Positions 1 through 9,048 of a stretch of 42,018 nucleotides of DNA are shown in pieces. Position numbers and translations under genes: made by a program. The stretch spans positions 1 to 42,018 of the forward strand of contig CAVHKB010000001.1 in the NCBI GenBank assembly GCA_963636305.1, given 5' to 3'. This DNA comes from Prevotella sp. P5-108. Lineage in GTDB: Bacteria; Bacteroidota; Bacteroidia; Bacteroidales; Paludibacteraceae. The notes under the pieces were generated by a model. It was not told where the DNA came from. It saw only the letters and a program-made list of their open reading frames with translations, and made no database searches. Within the stretch, counting starts at the first letter, position 1. The number at the start of each line of letters is the position of its first letter.

Positions 1-26
1 TTCTGGATTTCTGGGGGATACATTCA

Positions 27-54
27 ATTAACAATTAATAATTAACAATTAATA
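27..54. repeat. Perfect 14-bp tandem duplication ATTAACAATTAATA x2 (contains TTAACAATT, the reverse complement of the AATTGTTAA motif)
   Basis: Read directly: 27-40 and 41-54 are identical. Confidence 0.9.
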
Positions 55-84
55 TACAGGGAATGATACGGCCTCTTTGGCGGA

Positions 85-172
85 GGGGAGAAAATAGGGA
101 AGAGGCAGGGAAGAGGTGGGGGAGAAGTATGGAAGAAGAATGGAAGAGGTAAGGAAGAAGTGGGGTGGGGAA
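85..172. repeat. Eight degenerate 11-bp tandem units, about 90 percent purine on the + strand (core GGAAGAGG)
   Basis: Units: GGGGAGAAAAT AGGGAAGAGGC AGGGAAGAGGT GGGGGAGAAGT ATGGAAGAAGA ATGGAAGAGGT AAGGAAGAAGT GGGGTGGGGAA. Confidence 0.85.
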
Positions 173-213
173 TTGAGCGTATTTGTTATGTTGTATGGAA
201 AGGAAATTTTTTA

Positions 214-221
214 TACCTTTG
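214..221 (+). promoter_or_regulatory. Bacteroidota sigma-A-type -7 element (TAnnTTTG): TACCTTTG
   Basis: Exact TAnnTTTG match 50 nt upstream of ATG 271. Confidence 0.6.
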
Positions 222-270
222 CGTGCAATAGAATGAAAGTGAAAATCAATACGACTTGGAATAGAATACA

Positions 271-1506
271 ATGAAAAAACATCTCTTTATAGTGTGTGCC
301 GTTATGGTTCTGTCGGGCATTTCACCTGCTATGGGCGCCGTATGTAAGACGGGTTTGGAAGTTCTGCGAGAGCAGGGTTTTTCGATATTGGCGGGTAAGC
401 GAGTGGGCTTGTGTACGAATCCGACAGGCATAGACAGTGCTTTGAAATCGACGGTGGATATATTTTACGAGTCACCTTCTGTGAATTTGGTAGCGTTGTT
501 TGCGCCAGAGCATGGCGTTCGTGGAGATGTGTATGCGGGAGACCAAGTGGAGACCTTTACGGACAGCAAGACAGGTGTGCCGGTCTATTCTATATTCGGT
601 AAGACACGCAAACCGACAGCGGATATGCTGCGTGATGTGGATGTGGTGGTGTATGACATACAAGATATCGGTTGCCGTTCGTACACATTCATTTCCACTA
701 TGGGGAACTTGATGGAGGCGTGTGCGGAGTATGACAAAGAGTTTGTGGTGTTGGACCGTCCGAATCCGTTGGGCGGACTGAAGATAGAGGGGAATGTGGT
801 GGAGGAAGGTTACTTCTCGTTTGTATCGCAGTTCAAGATACCCTACTTGTATGCACAGACCTGCGGTGAGTTGGCTACGATGTTGAATGAGGAGAACTAT
901 CTTGGCAGTCGCTGCAGACTTACGGTTGTGAAGATGGAGGGTTGGCACAGGAATATGACTTGGCAGGACACGGGTCTGCCGTGGGTGGCAGCGTCGCCTC
1001 ATATTCCTTTTGCGGAGTCAGCGTTCTTTTATCCTGTTACAGGCATATTCGGAGAGTTGGGTTATTTCAACATAGGCGTAGGATATACTATGCCTTTTGA
1101 ACTGATAGGCGTGCCTTGGGCAGATGCGGACAGTCTTGCTATGGCGTTGAATGCGTTGCAGTTGCCTGGTGTCCGTTTCCGTCCTATTACATACAAGCCT
1201 TTTTATTCGGCTCACAAAGGTGTGTTGTGCGGTGGTGTTCAGATATACCTGACGGATTACGAGCAGGCTCATTTGTCGGATATACAGTTTCTTATCGTAC
1301 AGGAGTTGATGCGGATGTATCCGTACAAGGATGTTTTCGGCTTGTGTGACCAGAGTCGTTTCGGGATGTTTGACAAGGTGTGCGGTAGCCGTCGTATCCG
1401 AGAGTCGTTCGGTGTGCGTTACCGTTGGGAGGATGTGAGGTCGTACTGGTACAAGGATGTGGAATCGTACAGGCAGATGTCGTCAAAATACTATTTTTAT
1501 GATTGA
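271..1506 (+). CDS. Secreted DUF1343-family protein (YbbC/NamZ-like exo-beta-N-acetylmuramidase family)
   Basis: 411-aa ORF with an N-terminal signal peptide (MKKHLFIVCAVMVLSGISPAMG). Family hallmarks GLCTNPTG and FAPEHGVRGD. TACCTTTG -7 box lies 50 nt upstream. Confidence 0.8.
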   Translation: MKKHLFIVCAVMVLSGISPAMGAVCKTGLEVLREQGFSILAGKRVGLCTNPTGIDSALKSTVDIFYESPSVNLVALFAPEHGVRGDVYAGDQVETFTDSKTGVPVYSIFGKTRKPTADMLRDVDVVVYDIQDIGCRSYTFISTMGNLMEACAEYDKEFVVLDRPNPLGGLKIEGNVVEEGYFSFVSQFKIPYLYAQTCGELATMLNEENYLGSRCRLTVVKMEGWHRNMTWQDTGLPWVAASPHIPFAESAFFYPVTGIFGELGYFNIGVGYTMPFELIGVPWADADSLAMALNALQLPGVRFRPITYKPFYSAHKGVLCGGVQIYLTDYEQAHLSDIQFLIVQELMRMYPYKDVFGLCDQSRFGMFDKVCGSRRIRESFGVRYRWEDVRSYWYKDVESYRQMSSKYYFYD

Positions 1507-4318
1507 GCATTTATTACCGACATCTCCCGCCCCGTTGGGCTATGGTGTCGACAGTGGGAGCAAGGACTTCATTCAGCGGTTGACATGGGGAACGGATGCG
1601 GGTTGTTACCGTCTTATCCCTGAAGAGGTGTTCCACCCTGCCGATGAGGGTGAGGTCCGCGAGTTGTTGTCGTATGCCAGGCGCGAGGGGAAGCACATCA
1701 CTTTTCGTGCTGCGGGAACATCGTTGTCGGGTCAGGCTTTGTCGGATTCGTTGTTAGTGGTAGTGGGAAAGCGTTGGGAGAACTATGCAGTGTTGGACGG
1801 AGGGAAGCGTATTTGTATGCAACCGGGCTTGACAGGAGGTCGTGTGAACGAGATATTGGCGCCTTACGGGACTTACTTTACGCCTGATCCGGCATCGCTG
1901 AAGAGTGCGATGGTAGGTGGAATCGTGAACAACAATGCTTCCGGTATGTCTTGTGGCACACACGCTAATTCGTACCGTATGCTTGATAGCGTGCGTATAT
2001 TGTTGGCTGACGGGACCTTGTTGGACACCTCGGACAGCGGTTCGAAGGAGGCATTTCGGTTGTCGCATCGTGAGTTCTTGGAGAAGATTGAGTTGTTGCG
2101 TGACCGGACGCGTGCGAATGCGGCATTGTCGGAACTTATCCGCAGGAAGTATGCGATCAAGAATGTGACGGGTTTGACGATATTGCCTTTTGTGGAGTAT
2201 GATGATCCGTTTGATATAATTGCTCACTTGATAGTGGGAAGCGAGGGGACATTGGCTTTCTTGTCGGAGGTAGTGATGCGTACGGCACCTGTCCCTGGTT
2301 ACAGTGCGTCGGCGTTAATGCTGTTTGCCACGACCGAGATGGCATGCCAAGCGGTTATCCGTCTGAATCGTACGAATGCGGTGTCGGCGGCAGAGTTTTT
2401 TGACAGGAAAGCGATGGCGGTGTTGGAGGACAGTTTTCCGGAGTTGAAAGGCAGACCTGCCGATGCGTCAGCGGTGTTGGTACGGGTGGAGGATTGCAGT
2501 GAGAGCGAGATGGAGCGGAAGATAGAGCAGGTGGAAAAGGTGTTGGAGGGAATAGAGGCAGAAGGCAAGCAGTTTACGACAGACAAGGAGTTGGTAGCCA
2601 AATACTGGGCGATGCGTTCGGGTATATTTCCGGCAGTGGGAGCGACCCGTCGTGTGGGTACGACCTGTTTGATAGAGGATATTGCATTCCCTATAGAGCA
2701 TTTGGCAGAGGCGACAGCGGATTTGCAGGCGTTGTTCAAGGAGCATCGTTATCCGGACGCAGTGATATACGGTCATGCATTGGAGGGTAATTATCATTTT
2801 ATCTTGAATCAATGTTTCAACACGCAGGAGAGTATCGCCCAGTATGACAGTATGATGCGTGCGGTTGTGTCGTTGGTGGTGGACAAGTATCACGGTTCGT
2901 TGAAGGCGGAACATGGGACTGGGCGTAATATGGCGCCTTTTGTACGGAAGGAGTGGGGAGATGATGCGTACGAGTTAATGTGCGAGGTGAAACGGCTATT
3001 CGACCCTGATAATATACTGAATCCGGGAGTTATCTTCAACGAAGACAGTGAGAGTTATTTGCGGTACTTGAAGCCATTGCCGTCGGTTCATCCGATGGTG
3101 GACAAGTGTATAGAGTGCGGTTTCTGTGAAGTGAACTGCGTATCGTGCGGCTTTGCTCTTTCCTCAAGAGGTCGTATCATCGTTCAACGGGAGATTGCCC
3201 GTTTGCTTTCGGAGGGGAAAAAAGGAGAGGCGCAGCGGCTACAGAAGGCGTTCCGACATATCGGTAAGGACCTATGCGCGGGGGACGGGTTGTGTTCTAC
3301 CTCTTGTCCGATAGGGATAAATGTGGGCGAGTACATTCATTTGATTCGAGAACGGGAGTTGTCGGCAACAGGCAGGGCGGCGGGTCGTTTTGCGGCTCAT
3401 CATTTTGCGGCAGTGGGAGGTTCGGTCTCGTCTATCCTATTGATAGCGGGCTTTGCGCAGAAGGTGTTGGGTAACGAGTGGATGTTGAGGGTGTGCAAGG
3501 GGCTACGCTATGCATCGGGTAAGACGATGCCATTGTGGACGCCGTCGATGCCTCACAGGACATGTAGCGGAAAGATAGTGCAATCGGCTTCGGTTCATAC
3601 GGACAAGTCGCTGAAAGTTGTTTATTTCCCATCTTGTCTGAACCAGCGTATGGGGTTGGCTGAAGGTGATCCGTCGAAGCGACCGACGATGGGTGATATG
3701 GTAGAGTTGCTGCATAAGGCGGGCTATGATGTGCTGTTCCCGAAGGATATGAAGCGGTTATGTTGCGGAATGATATGGGAGAGCAAGGGTATGGCAGATG
3801 TTGCGGATGAGAAAGCCTTTGAGTTGGAACAGGCACTGCGAGAGGCAAGCAGTGATGGGCAATATCCTGTGTTGTGCGACCAGAGTCCGTGCCTATATCG
3901 TATGCGCCGCACAATGAAAGGATTGCAACTGTATGAGCCAGCGGAATTTATCGAGCGTTTTCTGTTAAGCAAGTTGGATATTACGCCGTTGGAAGAGCCT
4001 ATCATGCTGCATATTACTTGTTCTATGCGTAAGATGGGGTTGGGAGATACGATATTGCGTGTGGCACGGCAATGCGCTCGGGAGGTGATTGTGCCGTCAG
4101 GCATCGGCTGTTGTGGTTTTGCCGGCGACAAAGGCTTTACAGACCCTGAACTGAACGATTGGGCATTGCGGCACTTGCGTGAGCAGTGTGAAGAGGTGCA
4201 TGCAACGGTAGGTATAAGCAATTCCAGGACTTGCGAGATAGGTCTATCGTCGCATGCAGGTGTTCCGTATATGAATATAGCCTGGCTCGTTAACAAAGTA
4301 AGCAAACCAAGGAAATGA
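1499..4318 (+). CDS. FAD-binding (GlcD/PCMH-type) plus 4Fe-4S and CCG cysteine-rich domain oxidoreductase, YdiJ / D-lactate (D-2-hydroxyacid) dehydrogenase-like
   Basis: ORF track gives 1457..4318. I moved the start to ATG 1499 (MIEHLL...), which overlaps the upstream stop as ATGATTGA. Motifs: FRAAGTSLSGQA (FAD domain), CIECGFCEVNC (4Fe-4S), CCGMIWE and GCCGFAGDKGF (CCG domains). Confidence 0.8.
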   Translation: MIEHLLPTSPAPLGYGVDSGSKDFIQRLTWGTDAGCYRLIPEEVFHPADEGEVRELLSYARREGKHITFRAAGTSLSGQALSDSLLVVVGKRWENYAVLDGGKRICMQPGLTGGRVNEILAPYGTYFTPDPASLKSAMVGGIVNNNASGMSCGTHANSYRMLDSVRILLADGTLLDTSDSGSKEAFRLSHREFLEKIELLRDRTRANAALSELIRRKYAIKNVTGLTILPFVEYDDPFDIIAHLIVGSEGTLAFLSEVVMRTAPVPGYSASALMLFATTEMACQAVIRLNRTNAVSAAEFFDRKAMAVLEDSFPELKGRPADASAVLVRVEDCSESEMERKIEQVEKVLEGIEAEGKQFTTDKELVAKYWAMRSGIFPAVGATRRVGTTCLIEDIAFPIEHLAEATADLQALFKEHRYPDAVIYGHALEGNYHFILNQCFNTQESIAQYDSMMRAVVSLVVDKYHGSLKAEHGTGRNMAPFVRKEWGDDAYELMCEVKRLFDPDNILNPGVIFNEDSESYLRYLKPLPSVHPMVDKCIECGFCEVNCVSCGFALSSRGRIIVQREIARLLSEGKKGEAQRLQKAFRHIGKDLCAGDGLCSTSCPIGINVGEYIHLIRERELSATGRAAGRFAAHHFAAVGGSVSSILLIAGFAQKVLGNEWMLRVCKGLRYASGKTMPLWTPSMPHRTCSGKIVQSASVHTDKSLKVVYFPSCLNQRMGLAEGDPSKRPTMGDMVELLHKAGYDVLFPKDMKRLCCGMIWESKGMADVADEKAFELEQALREASSDGQYPVLCDQSPCLYRMRRTMKGLQLYEPAEFIERFLLSKLDITPLEEPIMLHITCSMRKMGLGDTILRVARQCAREVIVPSGIGCCGFAGDKGFTDPELNDWALRHLREQCEEVHATVGISNSRTCEIGLSSHAGVPYMNIAWLVNKVSKPRK

Positions 4319-4791
4319 ATGCAGATTTTTGCGAGATTGAGCGCAAGTTTTTAGTCAATGACGACTCTTTCAAGACGATGGCAACAGCGAAAAAGGTGCT
4401 ATCGCAAGGCTATCTGTCGCGTGACCCGAAGCGTACGGTGCGCGTACGGATATGCGACGACAAGGGCTATCTAACGATAAAAGGAGAGACGGATGCCGCA
4501 GGGTTGAGCCGTTTTGAATGGGAGAAAGAGATACCCAAAACGGAGGCACAAGCCTTGTTGCGTATATGTTTACCGACGGTGATAGAGAAAGAGCGTTATA
4601 TTGTGCCCTACAAAGGCATGGTATTTGAGGTAGATGTATTCCATGGGATACATGAGGGGCTTGTACTGGCAGAGGTGGAACTACGGTCGGAGACGCAAGC
4701 CGTGACCTTACCTCCTTTTATCGGAAAGGAAGTGACTGGCAATCAGAGATACTACAATTCCTATCTTTCACAGAAGAGTGATAATAACTAA
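4315..4791 (+). CDS. CYTH domain protein (triphosphate tunnel metalloenzyme family)
   Basis: 158 aa with the N-terminal EIERKFLV (ExExK) signature. ATG 4315 overlaps the upstream TGA (ATGA), consistent with translational coupling. Confidence 0.8.
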   Translation: MNADFCEIERKFLVNDDSFKTMATAKKVLSQGYLSRDPKRTVRVRICDDKGYLTIKGETDAAGLSRFEWEKEIPKTEAQALLRICLPTVIEKERYIVPYKGMVFEVDVFHGIHEGLVLAEVELRSETQAVTLPPFIGKEVTGNQRYYNSYLSQKSDNN

Positions 4792-4803
4792 CACAATACA
4801 GCA

Positions 4804-6255
4804 ATGATATTTAACAATACCGATTTAGAACAACTTGCTCAACAGGGTGTATCGGTGGAGCAAGTAGAGCAACAACTGCAATCTTTCCGCACGGGATTTC
4901 CTGCCTTAGACATTGTTTCCGCTGCCACACTCGGTAACGGGATTCTTTGTCCCACCGATGTAGAAGCGAAGTCCTATCTATCTGCGTGGGACGAATATCT
5001 CAAGGAGCAGCATACTATCCTGAAGTTTGTCCCCGCCTCTGGTGCAGCCAGTCGTATGTTCAAGGATTTGTTCGCCTTTCGTGACGGCGGCGAAGAAACT
5101 GACTTCATCAAAGTGTTCTTTGCCCATCTTTCTTCGTTCGCTTTCTATCCCGAGTTGCAACAACGGGTGAACGACAAAGGCGTGCAGAACGATAAGCGTG
5201 CCATCGTGAGTGTTCTCTTGGACGATATGCAATACGGTCATCTGCCTAAAGGATTGCTACTCTTTCACCGCTACCCTGACGAGGCCCGCACACCGGCATT
5301 GGAACATCTTGTGGAGGGTGCGCTCTATGCTGCCAACCAGCAGCGTAATGTTAATCTGCACTTTACGATATCACCCGAGCATCGTTCCCTCTTCGAAAGA
5401 CACATCGCTCAATACCAAGAGGCGTATGCAAGCCGTTTCGATGTACACTATTCCATCTCTTTCTCGGAGCAGAAATCCTCCACCGACACTATCGCTGCGG
5501 ACAGCGACGGTAATCCTTTCCGTGATGCGAATGGCCGTCTGGTCTTCCGTCCCGGAGGACATGGCGCTCTCATCGAGAACCTCGCCGAACAAGATGCAGA
5601 CATCGTATTTCTCAAGAATATCGACAATGTTGTACCCGACCGTTTGAAAGAACCGACGGTTTACTACAAGCGTCTTCTGGCTGGCGTACTCGTGCATATC
5701 CAGCAACAGATTTTCGCCTTTCTCCGTGAGTTGGAGAACCCATGCTCGCAGGAACGCCTCGAAGAGATTCGCGCTTTCATCGAGAACAATCTCTGCTGTC
5801 ATCTGGCAGGTCCTACCACTGCAGCAACGCTTCGCAACAAACTGAATAGGCCTATCCGTGTATGCGGCATGGTTCGTAACTTGGGTGAACCTGGCGGTGG
5901 TCCGTTTCTCGTCAAGAATGCTGATGGCAGTGTCCAATGTCAGATCTTGGAAAGTTCGCAAATAGCCGACAAGTCCCTGATGCAGAAAGCAACACACTTC
6001 AATCCTGTCGATCTCGTATGTGGTCTGCGCGATTATCAAGGCAAGACCTTCCCCCTCAAGCAGTTCGTCGATGCCAATACCGCATTCATCTCGCAGAAGT
6101 CCAAAGACGGACGCGCACTCCAAGCACTCGAACTGCCTGGACTGTGGAACGGTGCTATGGCTGACTGGAATACCTTGTTCGTCGAAGTTCCTATCGAGAC
6201 TTTTAACCCCGTGAAAACCGTTAACGACCTCCTGCGGCCCGAACACAAGGCGTAA
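4804..6255 (+). CDS. DUF4301-family protein, by eye a UDP-sugar pyrophosphorylase (UGP/UAP)-like nucleotidyltransferase fold
   Basis: 483 aa with no signal peptide. Motifs resemble sugar-1-P nucleotidyltransferases: FVPASGAASRMFK (aa 75-87), LPKGLLLFH, RPGGHGAL, FLKNIDNV. Confidence 0.65.
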   Translation: MIFNNTDLEQLAQQGVSVEQVEQQLQSFRTGFPALDIVSAATLGNGILCPTDVEAKSYLSAWDEYLKEQHTILKFVPASGAASRMFKDLFAFRDGGEETDFIKVFFAHLSSFAFYPELQQRVNDKGVQNDKRAIVSVLLDDMQYGHLPKGLLLFHRYPDEARTPALEHLVEGALYAANQQRNVNLHFTISPEHRSLFERHIAQYQEAYASRFDVHYSISFSEQKSSTDTIAADSDGNPFRDANGRLVFRPGGHGALIENLAEQDADIVFLKNIDNVVPDRLKEPTVYYKRLLAGVLVHIQQQIFAFLRELENPCSQERLEEIRAFIENNLCCHLAGPTTAATLRNKLNRPIRVCGMVRNLGEPGGGPFLVKNADGSVQCQILESSQIADKSLMQKATHFNPVDLVCGLRDYQGKTFPLKQFVDANTAFISQKSKDGRALQALELPGLWNGAMADWNTLFVEVPIETFNPVKTVNDLLRPEHKA

Positions 6256-6935
6256 TGCACCTGCCGATGTACAAAGCCTTTTTCTTCGATATGGATGGTG
6301 TGTTGTTCGACTCTATGCCCCACCATGCAAAAGCCTGGGACATGGTCATGAGCAAGTATGCACTCGACTTCAACGCACACGACACCTACCTGCAGGAAGG
6401 ACGCACCGGTCAAGATGTCATCGAAGAGTGTTACCGAAGGAAATATCATACCTCGCCACCCGAGTCATTGGTCTGGCAAATCTATCACGAGAAGACCGAC
6501 TTGTTCCATCAGTTGGGGGAAACACAACCCGTACAAGGCGTAGCAGAGGTGCTGTATTTCCTTAAGAACCTCCCCTCTTCCCCGCAGTTATGGATCGTAA
6601 CGGGTTCGGGACAGCAGACCCTCTTCGCGCAATTGGAGCAATCTTTCCCCTCCGTCTTTCAGCGCGACAAGATGGTCACCGCCTACGATGTCCGTCACGG
6701 CAAACCCAATCCCGAACCCTATCTGTGCGCCTTCCGACAGTCTGGCTGCAAGAAAGAAGAGTGCATGGTCATCGAGAACGCACCCCTCGGCGTCCGCTCT
6801 GGCAAAGGGGCGGGACTCTTCACTGTCGCCGTCAACACAGGCATCCTCAAGCCCGAAGATCTGTCGCACGAAGGTGCCGATAAGGTCTTCAATTCAATGG
6901 CCGACCTACTCCTGTTCCTGAAAACGCTGTTCTGA
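6255..6935 (+). CDS. HAD-IA hydrolase, beta-phosphoglucomutase/sugar-phosphatase family
   Basis: Motif I FFFDMDGVLFDS, then HGKPNPEPY and ENAPLGVRSGKGAG. The start overlaps the upstream stop (TAATG). ATG 6267 (MYKAFFFDMDG) is an alternative start. Confidence 0.8.
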   Translation: MHLPMYKAFFFDMDGVLFDSMPHHAKAWDMVMSKYALDFNAHDTYLQEGRTGQDVIEECYRRKYHTSPPESLVWQIYHEKTDLFHQLGETQPVQGVAEVLYFLKNLPSSPQLWIVTGSGQQTLFAQLEQSFPSVFQRDKMVTAYDVRHGKPNPEPYLCAFRQSGCKKEECMVIENAPLGVRSGKGAGLFTVAVNTGILKPEDLSHEGADKVFNSMADLLLFLKTLF

Positions 6936-7015
6936 AACCATTCCCAATCCATGCAACTGCCCATAACGGAAACGAACAAAACCGATGCACCTCTTGTAGC
7001 ATATCAAAAAAGTTG

Positions 7016-7023
7016 TACCTTTG
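7016..7023 (+). promoter_or_regulatory. -7 element TACCTTTG for nadE
   Basis: Exact TAnnTTTG match 30 nt upstream of ATG 7053. Confidence 0.6.
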
Positions 7024-7052
7024 TTACCATGTCAAACCAATAATATGACCCT

Positions 7053-8966
7053 ATGAATTCACAATCACAAGATTTCGGCTTCGTAAGAGTAGCCGCCGCC
7101 GTTCCTCGTCTGCACTTGGCGGATTGCGCCCGCAATGTCGAAGAAGTGAAAGAACGAATCGACAAAGCCGTTGACGAAGAGGTCGAGATTATATGCTTTC
7201 CCGAATTGGGACTCACAGGCTATACCTGCGCCGACCTCTTCTTCTTGCAACAACTCCAACAAGACGCTCTTGCCGCGCTCGAAGAGGTGTGCAACTACAC
7301 CAAAGGCAAACCCGTCATCGTCATTGTAGGCGCACCTATCAAGGTCGATAACAATCTCTACAACTGTGCTTTCGTCATGACCGACGGCGATGTGTGCGGA
7401 GTGGTGCCGAAGATTAACCTTCCGAACACAGGTGAATTCTACGAGAAACGCTGGTTTACCTCTGGGCGTGTAACTCCCTCCTCCATCGAGTTGTGGAACG
7501 GAGAAGTGCCTTTCGGCTACGACCTCCTCTTCCTCACCAAACGATGCTGTTTCGCTATCGAGTTGTGCGAAGATCTATGGTCACCCCTTCCCCCCTCCAC
7601 TCAACAAGCCATCCAAGGGGCTGAAATCATCTTTAACCTGTCCTCATCCAACTGTGTCGTTGGCAAACATGCTTTCCGACGGCAAATGATAACCCAGCAA
7701 TCACGACGAGTCCATTGCGGATATGTTTACACCTCTTCCGGCATCGGCGAAAGTACCACCGACCTCGTCTTCTCGGGAAGCACCTATATCGCCGAGAACG
7801 GAACAATGCTCGAAGAAGGCGAACGCTTCCTGCAGGAGTCTTCTATGGTCGTTTCCGAAATCGACATCGAACGACTGCGAACCGATAGGCAACGCAATAC
7901 GAACTTCACCGACGATAAACGCGGACAGTATCGCAAAATATATGTGGCTCCTCTCGAAACCGCACAACCGGTTCACCCTATCCATCGCATCTTCTCTGCT
8001 CATCCGTTCCTACCTAAACCCGAAGACGGTAAATCCTATGTCGATGATGTCTTGAGCATACAGACCTGCGGATTGGCACAACGATGGAAACATACACACG
8101 CTCAAACGCTCATTCTTGGCGTGTCGGGCGGACTCGACTCCACACTCGCGCTCCTCGTCTGTGCGCTCACGGCTGACCGACTGGGCTACAGCCGTAGGCA
8201 GATAATAGGAGTCACTATGCCCGGCTTTGGAACAACCGACCGCACACACGACAACGCCGTCGAACTCATGGACCAGTTAGGCATCTCCTCCTACGAAATC
8301 CCTATCCGAAACGCTGTCATGCAGCATTTCCTCGACATCGACCATAATCCCGATGTCCACGACATCACCTACGAGAACGCACAGGCGCGCGAAAGAACAC
8401 AAATACTCATGGACCTCGCCAACAAATACAATGGCTTGGTCGTAGGTACGGGCGACCTTAGCGAACTGGCACTCGGTTGGGCAACCTACAATGCCGACCA
8501 TATGTCCATGTATGCCGTCAACGCAGGCATCCCGAAGACCCTCGTACGCTTCTTGGTCGAATATCAAGCGAAAAACGCTTTCTCCGAACAGATCCAGAAT
8601 ACCCTCAACGATATCCTCTCTACACCCGTATCACCCGAACTGCTGCCCGCCGACGACGAAGGGAATATCCAACAAAAAACCGAAGACAAAGTCGGACCAT
8701 ACGAACTCAACGACTTCTTCATCTACTATTTCTTGCGCTATGGCTTCTCGCACACAAAGATCGAATACATGGCTCGGTTGGCTTTCGTCGAACAGTACTC
8801 CAACGAAGAAATCGCACACTGGCTCAATATATTCTTCTCTCGGTTCTATCAGCAGCAATACAAACGCTCCTGTATGCCCGATGGACCTAAGGTGGTAGAT
8901 GTCACACTTTCCCCGCGCGGCGACTGGCGCATGCCAAGCGATGCCAATCCGCCCAAAATGGAATAA
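7053..8966 (+). CDS. nadE: Glutamine-dependent NAD+ synthetase (N-terminal CN-hydrolase domain plus C-terminal NAD synthetase)
   Basis: 637 aa with a nitrilase-like N-terminal half (FPELGLTGYTC, ELCEDLW) and the PP-loop GVSGGLDST in the C-terminal half. TACCTTTG -7 box at 7016-7023. Confidence 0.9.
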   Translation: MNSQSQDFGFVRVAAAVPRLHLADCARNVEEVKERIDKAVDEEVEIICFPELGLTGYTCADLFFLQQLQQDALAALEEVCNYTKGKPVIVIVGAPIKVDNNLYNCAFVMTDGDVCGVVPKINLPNTGEFYEKRWFTSGRVTPSSIELWNGEVPFGYDLLFLTKRCCFAIELCEDLWSPLPPSTQQAIQGAEIIFNLSSSNCVVGKHAFRRQMITQQSRRVHCGYVYTSSGIGESTTDLVFSGSTYIAENGTMLEEGERFLQESSMVVSEIDIERLRTDRQRNTNFTDDKRGQYRKIYVAPLETAQPVHPIHRIFSAHPFLPKPEDGKSYVDDVLSIQTCGLAQRWKHTHAQTLILGVSGGLDSTLALLVCALTADRLGYSRRQIIGVTMPGFGTTDRTHDNAVELMDQLGISSYEIPIRNAVMQHFLDIDHNPDVHDITYENAQARERTQILMDLANKYNGLVVGTGDLSELALGWATYNADHMSMYAVNAGIPKTLVRFLVEYQAKNAFSEQIQNTLNDILSTPVSPELLPADDEGNIQQKTEDKVGPYELNDFFIYYFLRYGFSHTKIEYMARLAFVEQYSNEEIAHWLNIFFSRFYQQQYKRSCMPDGPKVVDVTLSPRGDWRMPSDANPPKME

Positions 8967-9048
8967 CTCTCCCCTGCAATTGTTAAAATCCAATGAACGG
9001 TACTACACGCCGCCAAGCCCAATAAATACTATACATCACAAAGCATTT

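Noticed and set aside
5371-6246. Long antisense ORFs inside well-supported genes. Examples: 5371..6246, 15486..16205, 19631..20494, 23671..24369, 25049..25744, 25871..26575, 27334..28173, 31365..32267, 32474..33628, 37619..38785
   Set aside because: Each lies fully within, and opposite to, a gene with clear family motifs. Their translations are rich in R/H/C/V and have no recognisable domains. This pattern is expected from the strong C-ending codon bias of the sense genes. I treated them as shadow ORFs.
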